Positions 35,852-46,400 of a DNA stretch of 64,000 nucleotides are shown here, piece by piece. The position numbers were made by a program, and so were the translations under genes. The first letter of the stretch is position 1. Each line of letters opens with the position of its first letter. Source of the stretch: a virus. The notes beneath the pieces were generated by a model, which had not been told where the DNA came from, made no database searches, and saw only the letters and a program-made list of their open reading frames with translations. Location: positions 4,139 through 68,138 of IMG/VR virus record IMGVR_UViG_3300008108_000337. One strand, written 5' to 3'.

Positions 35852-38537
35852 TTATTTTTTTACTATAATTCTTCCTGAAAAATTACCTGAAAAAGTTATA
35901 TCAAGAGCATTTGCTGAAGTTGATTCTATAATTGAAGGTAATTCTTGTCTTTTTGTTGAAGTATTCCAAGCTTGAACTATTGGATATTCTTCGTTTAAGT
36001 TATGTGTTAAAATTGGTATAATCTAAATAATAAGAACCAGGTTGACCATTTAATGCAGATGAATCAGTTGCAGAACCTGAAACTATATGTCCACCTTTTG
36101 CAACTACAATATATCCACTATGATTTGCAGATAAAACTATTGTTGCAGTATTATTATTTGTAAGTGTGATTGAAGATGGTATAATTTGAGTATCATTATT
36201 TTCATATACTGAAATTATTACATTTTTAGTATTGAAATTATGTGTTACTGAAATTGTGGATTGATTATCAAATGAGGATGTTACTGTAGCAACCTGAGAT
36301 ACATCTGCAGCAGGTAAATTTGTAAGTTGTGAACCATCACCTTTGAAAAATGAAGCAGTTATTGCACCAGTTCCTAAATTAACTGATTGGCTTACAAGTG
36401 AATTAATAACTTGAGATGACCCAGATACTACTCCAGTTGGAAGTAAAGAAGTTATTTGTGATGAACCCGAAACAATACCCGCAGGTATATTTGAAAGTCC
36501 TATATAAGATACTTGGGATGAACCAGAAACTACGGTATTAGCATTCAGTTGACCCTTAATAGTTGTATTAATTGAACCAGTAAATGCTTCTAAATTAGCA
36601 GTTTCAACTTCTAATGCAGTTAATCTTGTAATAGCAGAACCACTGGCAGTTTCTAATGAAGTTAATCTATTATTTTGAGTTGTGTTAGTTGTATTGTTTG
36701 AACCAGTGTAAGTATTAAGAGATGATAAAATACTTATAACTTGTGATGAACCAGAAACTACTCCAGTTGGAAGTAATGGTGTTACTTGAGCAGAACCTGA
36801 GACAATTCCTACTGGGATAGAAGAAATTCCTGAATAAGTAATTTGAGATGAACCTGAAACTATTCCAGTTCCTTGTAATATAGTTGCAGTAGTGATAGAC
36901 CCACCCAATGCAGTTGATGTACCTGCAATTGTGATTGAACTATTTGTTAGGGATGAGTTACCAATGTTGGATATAGTATTATTTCCACCATTGATGGTTT
37001 TGTTGAAAAGACTTTGTGTAGAAGAAACATCTACTAAACTTACTTCAGAACCACTTAAACCAGCTTGCCATTGATCAATTGATTCGTTCCAAATCAATGA
37101 TGCATTTGTAGAGGTACCTCTTTCAATTTCAATACCACCGTTTTGAGAAGGAGTTCCTGTCTCATCGGAATTTAGAATAAGAATGTTATCTCCAATATTT
37201 ACGGTATTAGAATTTACGGTTGTTGTTGTACCATTTACCGTTAAGTTACCACTAATAGTAACATCATTTGAGAATGTTTTATTGCCATTTATTACTGAAC
37301 CTGATAAAACTCCATCTGCATCTAACTTTTCCTTTACATTTGAGTCAAAATTAGTGATTAAATCTGCGTTAACTTGAGATGAACCAGAAACTATTCCTGC
37401 AGGGATGGAAGAAAGTGAGGTATAAACTACTTGAGAAGAACCAGAAATTACTGTGTTAGCATTTAATTGGTCCTTAATAGTTGTATTAATTGAACCAGTA
37501 AATGCTTCTAAATTAGCAGTTTCAACTTCTAAAGTATTTAATCTACTGATTGCAGAACCACTTGCAGTTTCTAACGAAGTTAATCTACTATTTTGAGTAG
37601 TATTAGTTGTATCGTTTGATGCGGTGTATGAGTTCAATGAACCTAATATTCCAACTACTTGTGAACTACCACTAACAATTCCTACTGGAATCGAAGAAAG
37701 TGATGTGTAAACAACTTGAGAAGAGCCCGAAATTACACCATCACCGAGGGTGTTTAAATAACGAGTATCAAAAGATGCAGTTAATTGGGATGAACCGGAA
37801 ATTATACCGGTACCTCTGAGTTCATACGAAGATGTTGCTGTAATTAATGATGAAGTTATACTTTGTAATATACTCCATTTTGTATCATTAGAGGCAGTGT
37901 ATAACTCTAAATTTAAAGTTTCACCTAATAAACTTGCAGAAATTAATTCTAAATTATTTAATCTACCAATTGCACTACCACTTGCTGTTGAAAGTTGATC
38001 TAATCTAGTATTTTGAGTAGTATTGGTTGTATTATTTGAAGCGGTATATGAGTTGAGAGATGTTAAAATACCTACAACTTGAGATGAACCTGAAACTACT
38101 CCATCACCTAAAGTATTTAGATAACGAGTATCGTATGAAGCGGTTAATTGAGATGAACCAGAAATTATTCCTACTGGAATTGATGATATGCCTGAATAAG
38201 TAATTTGAGATGATCCCGAAACTACACCATCTCCACTGGTATTTAAATACCGAGTATCAAAAGATGCAGTTAATTGGGATGAACCAGATACTACACCATT
38301 AGTTGATTGTATATTGCCAAAAAATATAGAAGCAGTTACATTACCAATAATATTTATAGAGCCAGTAGTTTGAGAGTTAGTAGTAACGATTTGTTCAATA
38401 GATGATGCACCATTATCTTTTTCAAAGAAAATTCTACCATCGTATGTATTAATTGCTAATTCCCCCAACTCCAAATTGGAAGTAGATGGGACTTTACCTT
38501 CAACCGCTGTTCTTTTTAACTTTACTACTTGTGCCAT
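35852..38537 (-). CDS. SGSSQ-repeat fibre protein with its last domain out of frame (break near 36007)
   Basis: 845-aa ORF with an MAQVVKLKR N-terminus and ~15 SGS[SA]Q motifs. The +1 frame continues THNLNEEYPIVQAW...FSGRIIVKK* to 35852, homologous to the in-frame VTHNFNTKNVIISVY domain. Confidence 0.8.
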
Positions 38538-40429
38538 ATCTATGGTTTACCGATTCCATTATATAATTAAAAAAATAAGAAATACCTTATATAAGGTAAT
38601 TTTTTTTCTTATCCTAATTTTGATTTTAATTCATCAATTTGTTTTTGTTGTTCTTTTATCGCCTCGATTAATAAACCAGTAAGTTTGGCATAATCTACAC
38701 CCTTAAATCCATTCTCTCTATCGTGAACTAATTGTGGAAGAACTTTCTCTACATCTTGAGCAATTACACCAACATTTGGTAACGATTGTTGTAATTCATC
38801 TGCATTTTCATTCCATTCCCAAGTTACACCTTTTAATTGTTGTACCTTTTGGATTGGATTTGAAATTACTTCTATATTATCTTTTAATCGTTCATCTGAT
38901 GAAGCGTATGCAACAACATCACCACCCACATTCAAGGCTCCACTTACACCTACACCACCTGTTACTATAAGAGCACCAGTGGTTATTGTAGTTGATGCAG
39001 TGTTGTTTGTAATATTAACGGCAGAGGAGAATGTTTTAGCTCCACTAAATGTTTGAGTATCGGATAAGTGAGCAGTATCAGCATCTAAATATGCAGAAGC
39101 GATAACTGAACCTTGCCAAGTACCAGTTCCAATTGTACCTAAAGTTGTAATTGAAGTCTGTCCAACATAAGTTGAAGCAATATCAACTGCATCAGCAGAT
39201 ACAGAAATTCTATTTGCAGTACCAACAACATTGAGGTCTCTTGTTGCAGCAATTGTACCACCACCAGTTAAACCATTTCCAGCAGTAATTGATACGGTAG
39301 TATGATCAATGTGTTGGTTTGCAACATAGTTTGTTGTTGTATTGTGATTTACTTGAGATGAACCTGATATAACACCACCTCCCACAGAAATTGTGTGAGC
39401 TATACCTTCACCTGAAGTTGCACCACTTGAAACAATACCATTTCCTGCAGTAATTGTTGCTACATAATTACCCGAAGTTCTAGTTCCCAATTCTATATCA
39501 CCAGTTGTAGAAGCAACATTGATTTGTCCTGAACCTGAAACAGTACCACTTGGTAAAATTGCAGTTACACTACCAGCAGTCACAGTACCAATTGTAGTGA
39601 TTGAATCATCACCACTATATGTACCACCTGCAACTGTAGCAAGTGTTGCATTATATGCCTGAACATCAGTTCCAATTGCTACTCCCAAATTGGTTCTAGC
39701 AGTAGAAGTATTTGTTAAATCGGATAAGTTAGATGATTTTGATAATTTACCATCCACTAAGGTATTCAATGTAGAATCACCTGCTGCCAACGAAGCAGAA
39801 ATTTCAATTAAAGTATCAAATGCTGCATTAGCTCCACCAATTAAATCGGTTAATTCTTGTTGAACATATGCAGTTGTAGCGATTTGAGTTGAGTTTGTAT
39901 TCGCAACGGCAGTTGGTGCAGTTGGTGTTCCAGTAAGAGCTGCACTGGTAAACATTGTGGCCTTACTTTCATTTGTTACATTTCCTAAACCAACATGAGT
40001 TGCAGTTACACCACTTACTGTTCCAGTAAAGGTAGGTGAACTAAACATCGTTGCCTTACTTTCATTAGTTACATTATCTAATGATAAAAAAGTTTTAACT
40101 GAAGAAGCAGAACCACTAACTACTGCTAATGAATTATTGTAAGCAAGTACATTTGCATCAAAATTAGTTATTGTATCAGCATTTACTTGAGATGAACCAG
40201 AAATGACTGTGTTAGCATCAAGTTGTCCTTTGATGGTTGTGTTAATTGAACCAGTAAATGCTTCTAAATTAGCAGTTTCTCCTTCAAGGGCAGTTAATCG
40301 GGTAATTGCACTACCACTGGCAGTTTCTAATGAAGTTAATCTATTGTTTTGAGTAGTATTAGTTGTATCGTTAGAACCAGTGTAAGTATTAAGAGATGAT
40401 AAAATACTTATAACTTGTGATGAACCAGA
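36700..40429. repeat. identical 56-bp block shared by two different fibre genes (36700-36755 = 40374-40429)
   Basis: gaaccagtgtaagtattaagagatgataaaatacttataacttgtgatgaaccaga at both positions, within a ~215-bp similar module. A 61-bp identical block also occurs at 36554-36614 and 37472-37532. Confidence 0.9.
38583..38598. promoter_or_regulatory. perfect 16-bp palindrome TACCTTATATAAGGTA
   Basis: Intergenic, upstream of the 38537 fibre gene; function not established. Confidence 0.5.
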
Positions 40430-40981
40430 TACGATTCCTGCAGGAATAGAAGAAAGTGATGTATAAACAACTTGTGATGATCCCGAAACTACCCCATCAC
40501 CAAGTGTATTTAAGTATCGTGTATCGAAAGAAGATGTTAATTGAGATGAACCCGAAACTACACCACCACCTGCAGAAATTGTATGAGTTATACCTTCACC
40601 TGAAGTTGCCCCTGATGTAAGAATACCATTTCCTGCGGTGATTGTTGCAACATAATTACCTGAAGTTCTTGTTCCTAATGCAATATCACCAGTAGTTGAT
40701 GCTACGTTGATTTGAGCAGAACTCGATACAACGGTATTAGTGTCTAATTGAGTTTTAACGGCTGTTGCAAATCCAGTAGTTGAACCTGCAGTAATTTGTG
40801 ATGAACCCGAAACTACACCATTTGTAGAATTTATTATACCACTAAAAGTACCACCAGTAAATGATGCTCCTTGATATGATCCACTAAATGACCCACTATA
40901 TATACCACCCGGTGGTAATGTGAATGTTGCACCATCTGCAAATGTTAATGAACCTGAAATTACGGGACTATGTATTATCAT
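38609..40981 (-). CDS. fibre protein with C-terminal peptidase S74 intramolecular chaperone
   Basis: SGSSQ modules; LTGTPTAPTA..NTNSTQIATTAYV; SSDERLKDNI...GVIAQDVEKVLP...VDYAKLTGLLIEAIKE. Confidence 0.88.
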   Translation of the reverse strand: MIIHSPVISGSLTFADGATFTLPPGGIYSGSFSGSYQGASFTGGTFSGIINSTNGVVSGSSQITAGSTTGFATAVKTQLDTNTVVSSSAQINVASTTGDIALGTRTSGNYVATITAGNGILTSGATSGEGITHTISAGGGVVSGSSQLTSSFDTRYLNTLGDGVVSGSSQVVYTSLSSIPAGIVSGSSQVISILSSLNTYTGSNDTTNTTQNNRLTSLETASGSAITRLTALEGETANLEAFTGSINTTIKGQLDANTVISGSSQVNADTITNFDANVLAYNNSLAVVSGSASSVKTFLSLDNVTNESKATMFSSPTFTGTVSGVTATHVGLGNVTNESKATMFTSAALTGTPTAPTAVANTNSTQIATTAYVQQELTDLIGGANAAFDTLIEISASLAAGDSTLNTLVDGKLSKSSNLSDLTNTSTARTNLGVAIGTDVQAYNATLATVAGGTYSGDDSITTIGTVTAGSVTAILPSGTVSGSGQINVASTTGDIELGTRTSGNYVATITAGNGIVSSGATSGEGIAHTISVGGGVISGSSQVNHNTTTNYVANQHIDHTTVSITAGNGLTGGGTIAATRDLNVVGTANRISVSADAVDIASTYVGQTSITTLGTIGTGTWQGSVIASAYLDADTAHLSDTQTFSGAKTFSSAVNITNNTASTTITTGALIVTGGVGVSGALNVGGDVVAYASSDERLKDNIEVISNPIQKVQQLKGVTWEWNENADELQQSLPNVGVIAQDVEKVLPQLVHDRENGFKGVDYAKLTGLLIEAIKEQQKQIDELKSKLG

Positions 40982-41020
40982 CTCTATTTATCCTTTATTA
41001 TACTATATAAATATATCTTT

Positions 41021-41665
41021 TTAAATTGAACCACCATCTATTTGTGAAATTACGGTTGCATTTGCAGTACCCGTCACATCACCACTTAAAGTAATTTGTG
41101 CAGAACCACTAAATACGCCCAAACTATTAACTTGATTAGTAATAGTATTGGATAATCCAGTTACATTAGTAGAAGGAATTGAACCACTCACTATATGTCC
41201 ACCTTTTGCAACAACTACATACCCACTTCGAGGCGATTCAAAAGTTATTGTAATATTATTAGAATCAGTTATTCGTAAAGTTGATGGAATTATTTGATAA
41301 TTATCATTATCATAAACTTGTGCAATTGCGTTTTGAGTGTTAAGATTGTGGTCAACTATCCAGGTTGATTGATTTGTGAATGATTTTTGAATTGTTGCAG
41401 CTTGGTCAACTGTTATATTAGTTAGTTGTGAACCATCTCCAACAAAATAAGAAGCAGTAATAGAACCTGAAATATTTATATTTCCCACTACTGCAGTGTG
41501 AGTATTTGTAGTAACAAATTCTACTACTTCATCTACACTACCACTTTTACGAATAAAAGCTTTACCATCATACACATTTATTGCAATTTCACCAGTTTGT
41601 AATGAACCAGTTGTTGGTTTTGAACCAGATGAAGTTGATCTTTTTAATCGTATGATTTGTGCCAT
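41021..41665 (-). CDS. short fibre/adaptor protein
   Basis: MAQIIRLKRS...GEIAINVYDGK N-terminus; VDHNLNT domain; ends IDGGSI. Confidence 0.75.
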   Translation of the reverse strand: MAQIIRLKRSTSSGSKPTTGSLQTGEIAINVYDGKAFIRKSGSVDEVVEFVTTNTHTAVVGNINISGSITASYFVGDGSQLTNITVDQAATIQKSFTNQSTWIVDHNLNTQNAIAQVYDNDNYQIIPSTLRITDSNNITITFESPRSGYVVVAKGGHIVSGSIPSTNVTGLSNTITNQVNSLGVFSGSAQITLSGDVTGTANATVISQIDGGSI

Positions 41666-41670
41666 TTATA

Positions 41671-43455
41671 TTATTGGTTATTTACTTTTTCTTTTAATTC
41701 TTCAACTTGTTTTGATAAATCTTTAATACCTTCAATTAATAAGGAAACTAATTTATCATATTTTACGGCTTTGAATCCATTTTCACGAGTACCAACTAAT
41801 TCAGGAAGTATTTCTTCAATTTCTTGAGCAATTACACCATAATCCTTACCTTTATAAATATTTTGTTTTTCTTCGTTCCAAGTAAATGAATAACCACCTA
41901 TTTGATTAATTTTTTGCAAAGGTTCTGAAATTGGAGTGATTTCGTTTTTCAATCTTCTATCGGATGATGCATAAGCAACAACATCACCACCGGCGAATAC
42001 ATCACCACTCGTTCCAATACCACCTGTTACTATTAATGCTCCAGTTGTTTTTGAAGTTGAAGCAGTGTTATTTGTAATTGATATAGAAGTTGAAGTAGTA
42101 TTACCTACTGAAGTTACATCTTGTAATGATTTTGTAATTTGAGATGAACCCGAAACTACTGCATCTGCGTTTAACTTATCTTTTACATTCGTATCAAAGT
42201 TAGTGATTGAATCTGCATTAACTTGTGAAGAACCTGAAATTACACCATCTGCGTTTAATTTATCTTTTACATTTGAATCAAAGTTAGTGATTGAATCTGC
42301 ATTAACTTGTGAAGAACCCGATACTACACCACTTGGTAATAAAGGAGTTATTTGAGATGAACCAGATACGATTCCTGCAGGGATATTAGATAAGCCAACA
42401 TAAGAAACTTGTGATGAGCCCGATACTACTCCACTTGGTAGTAAGGGAGTTACTTGAGATGAACCTGATACGATTCCGGCAGGGATATTTGATAAATTAG
42501 GATACGAAATTTGTGATGAACCTGATACTAATGTAGTTCCAGTTGCATAGAATGTTCCATTTACAACCGAATTAGAACCAAGTGTTATTAAAGTTCCGGT
42601 ATCGGTAATATTAGAATCATTTAAGTGATGATTATCAACTGCTTTTGGAACTCTGTTCGAAGTTAAATAAGTTGGGGTTCCTTTTGTTGTATATTCAGGG
42701 CCAAATATAGTAACCGCATAATCTATGCCGGCTGAACCACTATATTCATATCCCCAATCATTAGTTTCGCCATCATAGTAGAATGAAGCAGTTGAAAGAG
42801 TAGAACCTGAATCATATACTGATAAACCAGCATATCGTGAGGTTGGAGTATCGGTGTTTACAACAATAAATGCATCACCGATAATTTTTGCAGCACCACT
42901 AACCGAAGTTATGTAAGCAAATGAACCAGTTCCATTAACAACTATATCGTTAAATGTTTTTGTGCCACTTATAGTTTGATCACCATCTAATGTAACATAC
43001 CTATTATCGTAAGATGATGTTAATTGTGATGAACCTGAAACTAAAGTATGTGTTCCACTTGCTTTTTCTTCAAATAAATTATTTAATGAAGATGAGTTTG
43101 ATTCTAATAAATCTAATCTATCATCTACCGATGAACTAAACTCCGTAAAGTCAGTTTCATTTACATATCTTGAATCATAAGATGATGTTAATTGAGATGA
43201 ACCCGAAACTACACCTGATGGTAGGTTTGAACTAACACTTCCTATTTGTAATTGAGTCCAACCATTTGAATTTCCAACATTTGAAGTATCGGTTAACACC
43301 CATATCGTATTATTATCTTGTTGAAAAACTATTAATCCTTCATAAACATTAGCAGATGATAGAGAATATCTAGCATTCTCATCCACTAATGTTAATCTAG
43401 CATCAACAGGTTCGTTGTTCGTTATGTTAAACCCACCAGGTAATATAATTGCCAT
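41671..43455 (-). CDS. fibre protein with C-terminal peptidase S74 chaperone
   Basis: EPVDARL...VYEGLIVF N-terminus; SGSSQ modules including an 84-bp tandem repeat; SSDRRLKNEI...YGVIAQEIEEILP...VKYDKLVSLLIE. Confidence 0.88.
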   Translation of the reverse strand: MAIILPGGFNITNNEPVDARLTLVDENARYSLSSANVYEGLIVFQQDNNTIWVLTDTSNVGNSNGWTQLQIGSVSSNLPSGVVSGSSQLTSSYDSRYVNETDFTEFSSSVDDRLDLLESNSSSLNNLFEEKASGTHTLVSGSSQLTSSYDNRYVTLDGDQTISGTKTFNDIVVNGTGSFAYITSVSGAAKIIGDAFIVVNTDTPTSRYAGLSVYDSGSTLSTASFYYDGETNDWGYEYSGSAGIDYAVTIFGPEYTTKGTPTYLTSNRVPKAVDNHHLNDSNITDTGTLITLGSNSVVNGTFYATGTTLVSGSSQISYPNLSNIPAGIVSGSSQVTPLLPSGVVSGSSQVSYVGLSNIPAGIVSGSSQITPLLPSGVVSGSSQVNADSITNFDSNVKDKLNADGVISGSSQVNADSITNFDTNVKDKLNADAVVSGSSQITKSLQDVTSVGNTTSTSISITNNTASTSKTTGALIVTGGIGTSGDVFAGGDVVAYASSDRRLKNEITPISEPLQKINQIGGYSFTWNEEKQNIYKGKDYGVIAQEIEEILPELVGTRENGFKAVKYDKLVSLLIEGIKDLSKQVEELKEKVNNQ

Positions 43456-43470
43456 TTTCTATTCTCTATT

Positions 43471-46400
43471 TTATGTTAATGTATATGTTATACTACTTCC
43501 AGCACCACCTGCTTGTAAAGTATTTGTTTTATAAACTTTATATTGTCCAACTGTTGTTACACTAAATTGGCCCAATACACCAAATCCACTCGTTGTTATG
43601 TTAGATAGATTAGATAAGGAACTATTGAATACAATATAATGGTATTTATCACCAGTCCAACTTATTGTTACCGATTGTCCACTTGCAGTAGTTGTTCCTT
43701 TTGCAATCGTTCCAATTGTTCCTCCCAAAGTTGTATCCCACAATGCCAAATTTTCCAATTCTCCGGCAGTAAATGAAGCTGCATCACTTGCACCATATCT
43801 TAAACTTCTAATTTTGTTATATGTTTGTGTAGTGGTTCTTATTATTGTTAGATCAGGATTATTATCACCGATTGGAGATTCATAGCTGGCACTTGCAATT
43901 ATACTAATTGATGAAGAACCAGTTGCAGAACCAGTAATAAGATACGGAGTACTAACATTTGTTGTAACTTCAACCAAATCCCAACCATTTGATGGGTCAG
44001 CAGATGAAGATGTAAATGAAATACTACCAGTTGCACCTTGCTCGATTTGATTCGAAGATGCACCTAATTGAACTGTCACCGATGGTGTTAATGTTGGAGA
44101 TGCTGGATTTGATTTGGAAATTGTACCAGTAGTTGTAGCAGAACTTGTAAATATACTACCATCTAATGGAGAACTTCCGGTTAATTCTAATCTATATGTA
44201 TGTGACCCACTTGTTGTGGTGGTAAACGATATTGATGTACCACTACCCACTTGATTTAATAGGGTAGATCCTTCATATAAGGATGCACTGATTAGTGTAT
44301 ACCCACCATTATTCCAAGTACCATTTAAAGTATACTCATCGTTTATACGATTGAATCTATCTGTCAAGAATCCACTTAAAGATGCTGCGATTGATGAAGG
44401 TACTGCAGGTGTACCGAAAATAAATTTCAAAGTTCCACCAATAAATGTCACCGCCACATTATTATCAAAATCTGCCACTTCTATTCCAGTTAATTGTTCT
44501 ATACTATTTGTTACATAATTGATATAACCAGAAGCTGATGCTAACCCAGCTAAAGATGCGGATACTGATGAACTAAAAGGTGTTATTGCTGAATCTACTC
44601 CATCGGTAAAATGACCAGATGCAGTATCAAGTGTCAATGTTACATCACCTGAATTACCACCCCCGTCTAAACCATCTCCTGCCGTAACAGAAGTAATGTC
44701 TGCCGGATTGATTACATTATCCAACACATGGACAATAAATCTTTTAGTTGCTCCTGCAGATAAAAGTATATTATCATTTAGACTAGCTGTATCCAAATTA
44801 ACATCCAATGAAGTTGTTACATTATACCATGCAGCAGAACCTAATGAACCAGAAACTTGGTAAATACCAACCAAATCAGCAACTGAACCTGATACTTCGT
44901 ATCTTGAATCCAAAGATTGTGTTACTTGTGATGACCCAGATATTACTCCACCGATTACATTACCACTAATTACACCATTTGTAATTGAGAAATCTATTGT
45001 GGATGTATCAGTTGATGATGATACTACACCTTCTACATTTAATTTATTTTTTATTGTAGAATCAATAGATTGTGAGAAAGATTGGTATTGAGATGCCGAA
45101 TTATATAAATTTGATATATTTGTATCATTTGATTGAGTATACAAATGTAAAGAATTTAAATCAGCATCAATCGATTGAGTGTAAGTTTGTAATACATCGA
45201 ATTTATCATCAACTGATGCAGTATATGATTCTAAATTACTAAATTTAGTATCTACTGATGCAGTATATGTACCTAATGCACTAAATTTGGCATCATTCGA
45301 TTGAGTATAAGAGTGCAAAGAACTTAAATCATCATTAATTGATTGTGTATAAGTTTGTAATACATCAAATTTATCATCAATAGAAGATGTATAAGTTCCT
45401 AATGCAGAATTTTTGGCATCTTGAGAAGATGTAAATGATTCTAAATTAGATAATCTAACATCTTGTGAACCACTTACTGTTTCTAAATTAGATATTCTAA
45501 TATCTTGGGATGCAGAATCTAATTCTAAACTTGTTAATCTATTTCCAAATGAACCTGAAAAAGTAGTATATCCGGTAGTTTGTGTAATATCAATTTGAGA
45601 TGAACCGCTAAAAACATTATCTCCATTAATTTCTAAATATCTAAAATCTAATGAAGATGTAACTTGTGATGAACCAGAAACTAAAGTTGGTTTATTTAGA
45701 ATGTTTTCAAACTCTACATCTGCCGCAGTTACACCGGTTAATTCAGAACCATCCCCTTTGAATCCTACTGAAGATGATACTTTTTGATTTATTTCTAATA
45801 AAGTTTGAGAATCATTCCATAAAATCGAAGCATTTGCACCCGAAATGTATAATCCAGCTCCATCTGCTTGTGCAGAAGTTGTGGAACCAGATGCAAGTGA
45901 TAAAACTTTATCTTCAATTATTAATTCGGTTGTATTTAATGTTGTTGTATTACCTTGTACCGTTAAATCACCATATATTGTTAAGTTTTGGCCAGTTACA
46001 TCAATAGCAGTTTTCAATGAAGATGTATATGCTTCAATACTATCTAAACGAGAATCTACTGATGTTGAGAATGAATTTTCTAAAGTATCTAATCTACCAT
46101 CTACTGAAGATGAAAAAGTTGTGAAATTTTGAGTATTATTTACATCAATTTGGGCTGAACCTGATACTAAAGTAGGTTTATTTAAAATGTTTTCAAATTC
46201 TACATCTCCTGCAGTAACATTTATCAAACCACTACCATCACCTACAAAATACGAAGCAGTTATAGATTGCGATGCCGTTATATCATTATCAAAATTTACA
46301 TTACCTGTGATTGTAGTATTAGAATTATTATTACCAATAAAAATATTATCAGTTATAGATGATTGACCAATACGAATTGTTGATGCAAATAAAAGAGCAG

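Noticed and set aside
36540-40429. Diversity-generating retroelement (TR/VR pair) among the fibre repeats
   Set aside because: Differences between copies are mostly synonymous and not adenine-specific, all copies are coding, and no reverse transcriptase is in the window.
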